Source of the DNA: the human T2T-CHM13v2.0 reference genome, Homo sapiens
DNA: 64,000 nt
NCBI RefSeq assembly: GCF_009914755.1
Contig: NC_060935.1
Strand: one strand, 5' to 3'
Shown: in pieces, positions 1-17,340 of the stretch
Layout: every line of letters begins with the position of its first letter
Position numbering within the stretch: position 1 is the stretch's first letter
Position numbers and translations under genes: made by a program
The notes under the pieces: model-generated
What the model was told of the DNA's origin: nothing
The model's input: only the letters and a program-made list of their open reading frames with translations
The model's database searches: none

Positions 1-290
1 ACTGCAAAAATATACCAAATTGTAAAGACCATTGACACTATGAAGAAACTGCCTCAACTAACAGGCAAAATACCCAGCTAGCATCATAATGACGGGATCA
101 AATTCACACAGATCAATATTAACCTTCAATGTAAACAGGCTAAATGCCCCAATTAAAAGACACAGACTGACAAATTGGATAAAGAGTCAAGAACCATTAG
201 TGTGCTGTAGTCAGGAGACCCATCTCATGTGCGATGACACACATAGGCTCAAAATAAAGGGATGGAGGAATATTTACCAAGGAAATAGAA

Positions 291-293
<3 letters not shown>

Positions 294-328
<35 letters not shown>
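294..328 (+). repeat. Poly(A) tract of 35 nt expanded inside the L1 ORF2 endonuclease region
   Basis: Run of A read directly; gives the poly-Lys stretch in ORF 89..448. Confidence 0.9.
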
Positions 329-329
<1 letters not shown>

Positions 330-1868
330 CAGAGGGTGCAATCCTAGTCTCTGACAAAACAGACTTTAAACCAACAAAGAACAAAAAAGAAAAAGAAGGG
401 CATTACATAATGGTAAAGGCATCAATGCAACAAAAAGAGCTATCATAAATATATATGCACCCAATACAGGAGCACCCAGATTCATAAAGCAAGTTCTTAG
501 AGACTTACAAAAAGACTTAGACTCCCACACAATGATAGTGGGAGACTTTAACACCCCACTGTCAATATTAGACAGATCAAGGAGACAGGAAATCAACAAG
601 GATATTCAGGACTTGTACTCAGCTCTGGACCAAGCAGACCTAATAGACATCTACAGAACTCTCCACCCCAAATCAGAGAATATACATTCTTCCCTGCACC
701 ACATTGATTGTACTATTCTAAAATTTACCACATAATTGGAAGTAAAACACTCCTCAGGAAATGCAAAAGCATGGAAATCATAACAGTCTCTCAGACCACA
801 GTGCAGTCAAATTAGTACTCAGGATTAAGAAACTCACTCAAAACCACCCAACTACATGGACACTGAACAAACTGCTCCTGAATGAATACTGGGTAAATAA
901 TGAAATTAAGTCAGAAATAAATAAGTTCTTTGAAACCAATGTGAACAAAGACACAAAGTACCAGAATCTCTGGGACACAGCTAAAGCAGTGTTTGAGGCA
1001 AATTTATAGCACTAAATGCCCACAGGAGAAAGCAGAAAAGATCTAAAATTGACACCTTAACATCACATTGAAAATAACTAGAGAAGCAAGAGCAAACAAA
1101 TTCAAAAGCTAGCAGAGGCAAGAAATAACTAAGATCAGAGAAGAACTGAAGGAGATAGAGACACGAAAAACCCTTCAAAAAAAAAATAAATGAGTCCAGG
1201 AGCTGGTTTTCTTGAAAAGATTAACAAAATAGATAAACTGCTAGCCAGACTAATAAAGAAGAAAAGAGAGAAGAATCAAACAGATGCAATAAAAAATGAT
1301 TAAGGGGCTATCACCACTGATCCCACAGAAATACAAAGTACTATCAGAGAATATTGTAAACACCGCTATGCAAATAAACTAAAAAATCTACAAGAAATGG
1401 ATAAATTCCTGGACACATACACCATCCCAAGACTAAACCAGGAAGAAGTCGAATCCCTGAATAGACCAATAACAAGTTCTGAAATTGAGGCAGTAATTAG
1501 TAGCCTACCAACCAAAAAAAGCCCAGGACCAGATGGAGTCACAGCTGAATTACACCAGAAGTACAAAGAGGAGCTGGTACCATTCTTCTGAAACTATCCC
1601 AAACATTAGAAAAAGGGGAACTCCTCCCTAACTCATTTTGTGAGGCCAGCATCATCCTGATACCAAAACCTGGCAGAGAAACAACAACAAAAAAATTTCA
1701 GGCCAATACCCTAATGAACATCAATGAGAAAATCCTTAGTAAAATACTCATAAACCAAATCCAGCAGCACATCAAAAACTTATCCACCATGATCAAGTTG
1801 GCTGCATCCCTGGGATGCAACGTTGGTTCAACATACGCAAATCAATAAACATAACCCATCACACATTA

Positions 1869-1961
1869 ATATTCTCTGATGGTAGTTTGTATTTCTGTGG
1901 GATCAGCGCTCATATCCCCTTTATTATTTTTTATTGTATCTATTTAATTCTTCTCTCATTT
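1869..1961 (-). mobile_element. Inverted L1 ORF2 internal fragment, left half
   Basis: Reverse complement matches the ORF2 segment seen at about 1262-1355 (gatcccacagaaatacaaa..atcagagaatatt). Confidence 0.8.
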
Positions 1962-2171
1962 TTTAAATTATACTTTAATTTTAGGTTACATATGCACAAC
2001 ATGCAGGTTAGTTACATATGTATACATGTGCCATGTTTGTGTGCTGCACCCAGTAACTCATCATTTAACATTAGGTATATCTCCAAATGCTATCCCTCCC
2101 CCCTCCCCCCCACCCCACAACAGGCCTCAGTGTGTGATGTTCCCCTTCCTGTGTCCAAACGTTCTTATTGT

Positions 2172-5983
<3,812 letters not shown>

Positions 5984-6046
5984 TATGATGTTAGCTGGTT
6001 ATTTTGCTCATTAGTTGATGCAGTTTCTTTCTAGCCTTGATGGTCT

Positions 6047-7053
6047 TTACAATTTGGCATGTTTTTGCAGTGGCTGGTACTGGTTGTTCCTTTCCATGTT
6101 TAGTGCTTCCTTCAGGAGCTCTTTTAGGGCAGGCCGGTGGTGACAAAAATCTCTCAGCATTTGCTTGTCTGTAAAGTATTTTATTTCTCCTTCACTTATG
6201 AAGCTTAGTTTGGCTGGATATGAAATTCTGGGTTGAAAATTCTTTTAAGAATGTTGAATATTGGGCTCCACTCTCTTCTGGCTTGTAGAGTTTCTGCCGA
6301 GAGATCAGCTGTTAGTCTGATGGGCTTCCCTTTGAGGGTAACCCGACCTTTCTCTCTGGCTGCCCTTAACATTTTTTCCTTCATTTCAACTTTGGTGAAT
6401 CTGACAATTATGTGTCTTGGAGTTGCTGTTCTCGAGGAGTATCTTTATGGCATTCTCTGTATTTCCTGAATTTGAATGTTGGCCTGCCTTGCTAGATTGG
6501 GGAAGTTCTCCTGTATAATATCCTGCAGAGTGTTTTCCAACTTGGTTCCATTCTCTTTGTCACTTTCAGGTACACCAATCAGACGTACATTTGGTCTTTT
6601 CACATAGTCCCATATTTCTTGGAGGCTTTTTTTATTTCTTTTTATTCTTTTTTCTCTAAACTTCTCACTTCATATCATTCATTTGATCTTCCATCACTGA
6701 TACCCTTTCTTCCAGTTGATCGAATCAGCTACTGAGGTTTGTGCATTCGTCATGTAGTTCTCATGCCTTGGTTTTCAGCTCCTTCAGGTCCTTTAAGGGC
6801 TTATCTGCATTGTTTATTCTAGTTAGCCATTCGTCTATTTTTTTTTTAAGATTTTTAACTTCTTTGCCATGGGTTTGAACTTCCTCCTTTAGCTTGGAGT
6901 AGTTTGATAGTCTGAAGGCTTTTGTCTCAACTCATGAAAGTCATTCTCCATCCAGCTTTGTTCCATTGCTGATGAGGAGCTGTGTTCCTTTGGAGGAGGA
7001 GAGGCACTCTGATTTTTAGAGTTTCCAGTTTTTCTGCTCTGTTTTTCCCCCAT
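6047..7053 (-). pseudogene. L1 ORF1, disrupted
   Basis: Starts ATGGGGAAAAAC at 7053 and ends CATGCCAAATTGTAA at 6047; no long ORF survives in the track. Confidence 0.85.
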
Positions 7054-7628
7054 CTTTGTGGTTTTATCTACCTTTGGTCTTTGATGATGGTGATGTACAG
7101 ATGGGATTTTGGTGTGGATGTCCTTTCTGTTTGTTAGTTTTCCTTCTAGCAGTCAGGACCCTCAGCTGCAGGTCTGTTGAGTTTGCTGGAGGTCCACTAC
7201 AGACCCTGTTTGCCTGGGTATCACCAGCGGTGGCTGCAGAACAGCAGATATTGGTGAACAGCAAATGTTGCTGCCTGATCGTTCCTCTGGAAGTTTTGTC
7301 TCAGAGGAGTACCCGGCCGTGTGAGGTGTCAGTCTGCCCCTACTGGGGGGTGCCTCCCAGTTAGGCTACTTGGGGGTCAGGGACCCAACTTGAGGAGGCA
7401 GTCTGTCCATTCTCAGATCTCCAGCTGCATGCTGGGAGAACCACTACTCTCTTCAAAGCTGTCAGACAGGGACATTTAAGTCTGCAGAGGATTCTACTGC
7501 CTTTTGTTTGGCAATGTCCTGCCCCCAGAGGTGGAGTCTACAAAGGCAGGCAGGCCTCCTTGAGCTGCGGTGGGCTCCACCCAGATTGAGCTTCCTGGCG
7601 GCTTTGTTTACCTACTCAAGCCTCGGCA

Positions 7629-8099
7629 ATGGCGGGCGCCCCTCCCCCAGCCTCGCTGCCACCTTGCAGTTTGATCTCAGACTGCTGTGCTAGCAATGAG
7701 CGAGGCTCCGTGGGTGTAGGACCCTCCAAGCCAGGCACGGAATATAATCTCCTGGTATGCCATTTGCTAAGACCATTGGAAAAACACAGTATTAGAGTGG
7801 GAGTGACCCGATTTTCCAGGTGCCGTCTGTCACCCCTTTCTTCAACTAGGAAAGGGAATTCCCTGACCCCTTGGGCTTCCTGGGTAAGGCTATGCCTTGC
7901 CCTGGTTCAGCTCATGCTGGGTGCACTGTATCCACTGTCCTGCACCCACTTTCCGACACTCCCCAGTGACATGAACCTGGTACCTCAGTTGAAAATGCAG
8001 AAATCACCCGTCTTCTGCGTCACTCATGCTGGGAGCTGTAGACTGGAGCTGTTCCTGTTTGGCCATCTTGGCTCCACCCCCCTCTCATTTCTTTATTAG
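7629..8099 (+). CDS. L1 antisense ORF0-like reading frame, extended to 156 aa
   Basis: MAGAPPPASLPPCSLISDCCASN...RVGVTRFSRC matches the known ORF0 N-terminus, with Kozak context gcaATGG. Translation is not shown. Confidence 0.6.
   Translation: MAGAPPPASLPPCSLISDCCASNERGSVGVGPSKPGTEYNLLVCHLLRPLEKHSIRVGVTRFSRCRLSPLSSTRKGNSLTPWASWVRLCLALVQLMLGALYPLSCTHFPTLPSDMNLVPQLKMQKSPVFCVTHAGSCRLELFLFGHLGSTPLSFLY
8061..8070 (-). promoter_or_regulatory. YY1 site of the L1 internal promoter
   Basis: CAAGATGGCC on the - strand at the L1 5' end. Confidence 0.8.
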
Positions 8100-8194
8100 T
8101 CTGGCTAGCAGTCTATCTATTTTGTTATTTTTAAAAAACAGATCCTGTATGCATTGATTTTTTGAAGGGTTTTTCGCGTCTGTATCTCTTTCAG
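8082..8194 (-). mobile_element. Inverted L1 ORF2 internal fragment, right half
   Basis: Reverse complement matches about 1146-1270 (gaaaaacccttcaaaa...ctgctagccagactaataaagaa); continuous with 1869-1961 once the full-length L1 is removed. Confidence 0.8.
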
Positions 8195-8250
8195 AACCAA
8201 CGACAAAACCACATGATTATCTCAATAGATGCAGAAAAGGCCTATGATAA

Positions 8251-8975
<725 letters not shown>

Positions 8976-11674
8976 TGACCCTGTATAACCAAGATAATCT
9001 TAAGCAAAAAGAACAAAGCTGGAGGCATCATGCTACCTGACTTCAAACTGTACTACAAGGCTACCGTAACCAAAACAGCATGGTACTGGTACCAAAACAG
9101 AGATATAGACCAATGGAACAGAACAGAGCCCTCAGAAATAATACCACACATCTACAACCATCTGCTCTTTGACAAACCTGACAAAAACAAGCAATGGGGA
9201 AGAGGAAAGGATTCCCTATTTAATAAATGGTGTTGGGAAAACTGGCTAGCCATATGTAGAAAACTGAAACTGGATCCCTTCCTTACACCTTTTACAAAAA
9301 TTAACTCAAGATAAAGGAAGACTTAAAGGTAAGACCTAAAAACATTAAAAACCCTAAAAGAAAACCTAGGCAATACCACTCAGGACATAGGTATGGGCAA
9401 AGACTTCATGAATAAAACACCAAAGCAATGGCAACAAAAGCCAAAATTGACAAATGTGATTTAATTAAACTAAAGAGCTTCTGCACAGCAAAGGAAACTA
9501 TCAATCATCAGAGTGAACAGGCAACCTACAGAATGGGAGAAAATTTTTTTAATCTATCCATCTGACAAAGGGCTAATATCCAGAATATGCAAGGAACTTA
9601 AATTTGCAAGAAAAAACAACCCCATTAAAAAGTTGGCAAAGGATATGAACAGACAGAAGGATATAAATGTCTCAAAAGAAGACATTTATGTGGCCAACAA
9701 ACATATGAAAAAAAGCTCATCATCACTGGTCATTAGAGGAATGCAAATCAAAACCCCAGTGAGATACCATCTCACTTAGAATGCTGATCATTAAAAAGTC
9801 AGGAAACAACAGATGCTGGAGAGGATGTGGAGAAACAGGAATGCTTTTACACTGTTGGTGGGAGTGTAAATTAGTGGAAGACAGTGTGGTGATTCCTCAA
9901 GGATCTAGAACCAGAAATACCATTTGACCCAGCAATCCCATTACTGGGTATATACTCAAAGGATTATAAATCATTCTACTATAAAGACACATGCACACAT
10001 ATGTTTATTGTGGCACTATTCACAATAGCAAAGACTTGGAACCAACCCAAATGCCCATCAGTAATAGACTGGAGAAAGAAAATGTGGCACATATACACCA
10101 AGGAATACTATGCAGCCATAAAAAAGGATGAGTTCATGTTCTTTGCAGGGACATGGATGAAGCTGGAAACCATCATTCTCGGCAAACTAACACAGGAACA
10201 GAAAACCAAACACCACATGTTCTCACTTATCAGTGGGAGTTGAACAAGGAGAACACATGGCAACAGGGAGGGAAACATCAATACAGGGGCCTGTCTGGGG
10301 GTGAGGGGCTAGGGGAGGGATAGCATTAGGAGAAAAACCTAATGTAGATGATGGGTTGATGGGTGCAGCAAACCACCATGGCATATGTATACCTATGTAA
10401 CAAACCTGCACGGTCTGCACATGTATCCCAGAACTTAAAGTATAATAAAAAAGATGCTGAAACAGTGAAAAATAAGGCCCACTGTTTTGTATATAACATG
10501 TCACTTAAACCGCTCCAGATTGTTTTAGTATCTCAATTTTATAGAGTGGAAACTGATACTTTCAGAGGCTCAGTATCTATTCTGGGGCCACTTGGCTAAT
10601 AAGGAGTTTTAGTTCTGTCTGATTTCATATCCAGTTAACTACAATGCTGGCAAGACTTTTATGTCTATATATTTAAGGCTAACACATCCTCAAAGTCTCC
10701 AATACCATCCTCTCTTACACAAAGTCTTATTTCTCTGTTATTGGCTAGGGTGTAGTGTAATGTAGCAGTTCAGTTTTCACATATGGTTTACTGTGTTTTA
10801 GGGTCATAGCTGCTTGAGAACAGAATTGGTACCTGGTTAATCTCTAAGTAAAGCACAGTGCATAAAGAAACCCCAATTTTGTGAACCACTGAAAAGACTA
10901 TTGAAAATGTAGATTTTAGAATGAAGAAAACACACTGGGACTGCAGTGAAAGAGAGAGAACTGCAGAGTTCCAGGACATCTGTAACTGAGCCTTTCACGT
11001 GTAGGCTACCCTCTCTATGTTGGAGATTGAGGACGAGGGGATGGCTGAAGTTGGTGAATGGCAGTAGTCTCCATACAAGCAGATAGAATCGATCTTGTGT
11101 TTCACCTGTCTACTTCCATTTATCATTTTCTCTCATATCCCAGATGTGACAGACAATCTGACTGTGGCCACATTTATTAGTTTTAAGGCAAATGAAGGAT
11201 TCTAGAGACAGGCTGTAGAGAAGCTAAAGAAAATATTTCATCAGAGAGAAGTTAAATACTTCTGAAGTATTTCAGCAAAATACACATACAAATCCTTTAA
11301 AAATTTCTTATTAACTTTAGAGACTGAAACTTGTTAAGAACCTGTGAAATTTCTGACTTAAATTTCAATGCATGAACATAGGATGTGTGACAGATACGAG
11401 AATGCCTGTATTGGGTTGCAGCCCACGGAGGTCTGAGATTGGTCTCCGGGTTGGAAGGACAACTTGGATGATCTCAGGAACTAAGGGACTTGAGCAGACT
11501 GAACTTTGAAATTTTCTCTTCCCTAATCTCCAGGACACACTGGGACCTGCAGTGAAACAAAGGACATCTGTAGCAAAGCGTTTCAACTCTAGATTGTCCT
11601 CTCCATCCTAGAAATGGAGGAGGAAGTGATAGCTGAGGTTGGTTAATTAAACGCTCTGATCTTCTGTAAAATAC

Positions 11675-12045
11675 CTAGCCAGTGTTCTTCAAGACTCTCA
11701 AGGTCATGGAAACCTTGGAAAAACTGAGAAACTTCCATCTCAGACCAGAGGACACTAAGGAGAAATAATGACTAAATGCAATTTGATATCCTGGATTGGA
11801 TCCTGGAACAGAAGAAAGACATTGGAAAAGCAGGTGAAATCCAAATAAAGTGTGGACTTTAGTTAATAGCGATGTACCAATATTAGTCCTTTGGTTTTGA
11901 CTAATGTACCACGGTTCTGTAAGATGTTAACATTAAGGAAAATGGGTGAAGGACATTCAGAAACTCCGTAAACTATATTTGTAACTTTTTTGTAAATCTA
12001 AAATTATTCCAGAATAAAACTTATTAAAAAAAACAAACAAAAACA
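11675..12045 (+). mobile_element. Ancient L1M (L1MC/MD-like) 3' end
   Basis: Motifs gactaaatgcaa..atcctggattggatcctggaacag and tgtaaatctaaaattattcca, with an A-rich tail. Confidence 0.65.
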
Positions 12046-12656
12046 AGCTCTGACCATGAACTGTGGGGGAGGGTTAGTATGAGATGCTGGCCATAGAGGA
12101 ATCCAGACAGGTTATTGAACCAGTTCTCAGTTTCCTATTGGAGAGGAAGTTATGTGTGGAGCTTGCAAGCTTTTTTTTTTTTTGCACCCTTTGTATATTC
12201 TAATATAATACTAACAATGATCTCATGAAATAACCATCATCCCTAGTTTATGAATAAAGAATAAGAGGCTCAAGGAGATAATTTGCTCACAGTTGACAAG
12301 TGACAGATTCTGAAATAGATCGTGGCTTTTTCACTATATTATGCTTGATAAATAATCTCCAAAGGTGTTACTGGGAGAAAGGGATATTGCTTTATCAATA
12401 TAGATTTTCAGTCACCTACATTCTCTAGGTACAGGCATAAAGTTAGACAGAGAAGCTCTTTTCTCTTCGCTAACTTGCTCTTGTGTTTAAAGCACTCATG
12501 CACATCTCTTTGGCTACACTGCCTGATATCTCTTTGGCAGAATTTGAAAAGAGCCTGTGTTCATTCTTTCTAGAAGCAGGAATTACTCATGGCCTCTGTT
12601 ATCCCTAAAGGACAGAGTGTGTCTCAGTCTCTAACCATCCTCTTTCCCCCAACTAG

Positions 12657-13036
<380 letters not shown>

Positions 13037-15487
13037 ATGGGACATCTTAATATCCTTCTGGTGCCCTCTAAGAAAAATCCTCAGGTGTGAATCATTAGGA
13101 TACACTGCCTGATGCATCCTTCCATGTCCCAGAGCTGCCTGGCTCAGAACTCAGGGGGTTCAGGAAGTTAAATTGTGGAAATCTCTTGGATTTGCACCTG
13201 GATCCCAGCAGACCTGTTATTTCCCTACCTCCATCAAGAGGATTATAAAGTGTTGACTTTTACTGACACAGCAAGAATTACTTTCACAGAGAAACAGATG
13301 AGAGGAGATACAAGCTCTGGAGGTGTGGTGAGTTCAGGGGCTAGAGTGTCAAATCTGGGGTCTGGGCTGGGGAGCCTGAGCTCTGAGGCCTTGGACCACT
13401 GGCCTGAATGGAATCTGTTTAGGGTGGGCAGCTTCGGGTCCTTCCATAACCTGAGAAGAGAGAGTTACTTAAGGCCTTTACTGATCCTCCTTCTTATAAA
13501 ATAATGAGTTTGGGTGGGTATTTGTGATGGACTGTTATCACAACATTACCTTTTTTGGGCTGGACTATTCCTTGATGATCCAGGAACATGGTCATCTCAT
13601 GATTAAAGGCAACGATGTTCCTCTTCAATCCTCAACCAACTGGTCAAATATGAGAAAAACAATGTATCTATGGTCCTCCAGGTTCATCTGCGGTGGCTGC
13701 TCGTAGCATAGGCTGAATTTGATAGGTGTCCTGAATCCTACTGTGGGACTTCTGCTTGTGGGACAGAAACAGGCCTACAGTATGGACTCTGCCTCAACCT
13801 TGGGTCTAGCTGCTTTGATGAAACCTCCCCTTCGATGACATATTCTGACTAGTTTGAGGAGGGACAGAGGGGAGCCACCCTCCATCTTATCCTAGGCTAA
13901 CTCAAGTCAGAAGGCTGTCAGCTATGTAATAGCTGATCATTGTTACCACTTATTCAGGTCTTAGGATTTCTTCATGAGCTCCTTTAACCTCACCGCCACT
14001 CAATGACAGAAGTTCTCTTATTTCCCTCAGGACAAGAACACAGGACATAGAAGAGTTAATAAATTTGCCCACCGTCTTACAATTAATAAGTAGTAAAGCC
14101 AGGATTTAAACTCAGACAGTTTGGGTCTAGAGCACACACTTCTAACCCTGTGCTGCCTACCTAGGATAAAATATATAAAATATACCAACCTGTCCCAACC
14201 TTTGAAATGCCAATATGAGATGCATGCTTTTAATAAACTACACATTATTTGTGCTATTAAAAATATTCAAGGAAGTTAAAGAGAGATTACATTTGCAAAT
14301 ATCTCAGCAGCTAATAGATAGATTAGCAGTATCTGTACTCTGGAGGGAAGATGACAGAAGGCCAGGTTACAAAAATTCACAGGAGCCAGTGATTTACATA
14401 CAAAGGCCTCTGTACGAGGCTGAGTCTGTCTATTTATCTATCTATCTATCCATCCATCCACCCATCTGTCACTTAAAATTTAATGTCTTTCAATACTAGA
14501 GATATTCCTGATCCACTCCAGACCCTGGCTTCACCAGTTAAATTTAATCAAGGATTTTGGTTGCCAACTATGAAAGTGAGACAATATTTCTATGGTCAGA
14601 TTTAAAGAGGATCTACTGTTTAAAAATATTTAAAGAGATTAAAGCACAGAATTTAACAAAATAGGTTCAGATTTATTTAATAATGATTTTTTTTCTATAT
14701 GGATCTTAATTCTATACATAAACTAAAACCCTTGGAGAAGCTCCAGTTTTATTTTAGTCAGATCTCACTGCGATTTCATTGATAGCTTTCAGGATCCAAG
14801 TCCTGTGTTAAAACCCAATGGCAACTCCTTAGTATTTCTCAGTTTTTAAATGGTGTGGGGAGGAAGGAGCTGTGGAGAAAAGGAACCTTCCCCACACATC
14901 CTGCGTTCATCCCTATGACATAAAGCTGTCTGTTTGAAGCAACATGGGTGGAGGGGGTCTGAGTTGTTCTGGAGGGAGCTGGGGACCCTGTGGAGAGCTT
15001 GTGACTTCCTGGATACAGGTACTTGGCCTGGGCAGGTTTATGCTAAGCTTATTTCTGAGCAGAGCAGGATTAGACCTAATTTTGGCTAACGCACAACAGC
15101 ATCATGGGCTTGGGGAAAATGTGGGCTCCCAGCTCCTGACAGTCTTAGCTAGGCTAGGGATGCAGTTCTAGGGCCCATTTTTCTGTAACTTTCTTCTTGG
15201 CCCCAGGACTCAGCTGGCAAGGCCAGAGGCTTAAAAGCCTCACATTCCCTTGAGTACTGGTTGCCATAGAAAGCTTCTTGGTGGAGGAGGGTCCCCAACC
15301 TTCTCTAATCTGGGTCATCTCCTTGTAGTGACTCCTATCTTGGCTCTTGGGGATAGATTTCACCTGATTAGAGAAAGAAATAGTCTTTGCACTATTCATG
15401 GTCTTTTGGAAACTGGATGAGTAAGATGGTACAGGGGCAGAGACTGTAGTTTAATTTTATTCCATCTCCTTAGAGGGGTCTGTTTAG

Positions 15488-15630
15488 TCTATCTATCTAC
15501 CTATCACCCACCTACCTATCATGCAACTACTTAGCTACCATCCATCTACCTATCCATCCATCAATCTATCTATTGATCCATCTATCAATCTATTCATCAT
15601 CCATGTATCCTCTATCTCCATCTATCTCCA
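15488..15630. repeat. Degenerate (TCTA/TCCA)n microsatellite
   Basis: Repeated tcta/tcca/ccta units. Confidence 0.75.
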
Positions 15631-16499
15631 TTGTTTTTTCTTTCCACAGTTTATCATGTTTTTCTATTGTTCTCTCAGGAGATTACAGCTTTGAGGAGAA
15701 TTTTTTCTTCCTAAGCTATGAGTCTTTAATTAAACTCACACAGTATGCAACACAGGGACGGTCAATAAGCACATGGGCCCGTTACAGTCTTAGGACTTTT
15801 CTCTGGGGACCCTCAAGGACAGATGCATGTAAGTGGTCAGGGAGGAGGCAGGAGTGGTATAGGAGAACATCTTGTAAATACTTCTTCCTATTTCATCTTG
15901 CTTAGGGATGGATATTTTCAGCATTAACAACGTTAATAATCATCATAACTAACAGAAAGCAGCAGTATTACACAATGCCCTGACCTTGATAATTGCTCCA
16001 ATGTATAATAATTAGACTGTGGTGTGACTTGTGTTTGATGGAGACATGCACTGAACCCAGCTTGGGGACACTGGAGGATGCCGACAGGTAAATGACTCCC
16101 TCTAGGAACACTTCCTTAGCCAGTTGTATCCCCACAGTTTACTCAGAAGACATGTCTGAAGGACAGGTGCAGAAGAGGGAATGATGGAATTTTGATATTG
16201 TCCAATGGCTTATCTTTCCTTTATAAACAAGTGCCCTGAAGGAGTCTTAGACTTTCACTGAATATAAAAGTGAAGCGAACTAATACTGTGATGAATACAC
16301 TAAGTGTTAGGCATTATGTGAGGCCTGTAACTACAGGATTAAGCTGGTTCATGCACAAAGCTATTGAAAACAGACTCAGGAAGTAGAAACCTGTCAAGGT
16401 TATATAACTTTCATAAAATGGCAATTAGAAAGTGGCCCAGCCACTTAAACACATAAAATGTACAGTGGTTATTCAGAATAGAGAACACATACAAGCAAT

Positions 16500-17340
16500 A
16501 TGAAAAATGCAGGCGACCCAATAGAAAAATGAGTAAAAGACTGAAAACTTCCTAAAAGAATATATTCAAATAGTAAACATATGGAAAGCTGCTTACTTTA
16601 TTAGAAATCAAGGAAATATACGTTAAAACCACAAGAAAATACCATTACACACCCATAGAATAGCTGTAATTAAAAAGACCAACCAAAGTATTGATGAGGA
16701 TGTGGAATAATCAAACTCTCCTACAGTGTTGGTGTGGGTATAAATTGGTAAATCACTTTTGAAAGCTGTTTGGAAGAATATGTGAAAGCTGAATGTATGC
16801 ATAGCTTATGATAAATCAATTTCATTCCTAGGTAATACTCAACAGAACTGCAAACGCATTCATAAAAGATATATATTTGAGTGTTCACAGCAACACTATT
16901 TATAATAGTTCCACACTTGAAATGACCTAAATATCTATTAATGATAGAATGGATAAATATATAGTGGTATATTCATCCAAGGAAAAATTATGCAGCAATG
17001 GGAATGAATACATTATAGCTATATGAAGCAATATGGATGAATCTCACAGACAAAGTTTAGTGAATGACAAATGAGTACCTACTCTATGGTTCTAATTATA
17101 GAAAGTTCAAAAATAGGCAAAGTTAATCTGTGGGATTAAATAGTGATTATCACTGAGGGGATAGATTGACTGAAAGAATTCATGGTTTTTTTTTGGGGGG
17201 GGGGGATGACAATATCCTGTTTATAGATCTGGGTGTTTATCACATGGGTGTATTCACTTTGTGGAAATTCATTAAGATTTACATTTATGGTATGCATACT
17301 TTTCTATGTGTATGCTACATTTAAATAAAAATATTTTTGA
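16500..17340 (+). mobile_element. Ancient L1M ORF2 end and 3'UTR fragment
   Basis: Degenerate L1 motifs gaggatgtggaa, gaatggataaat..gtggtatattcat and atatggatgaatctcaca. Confidence 0.7.
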
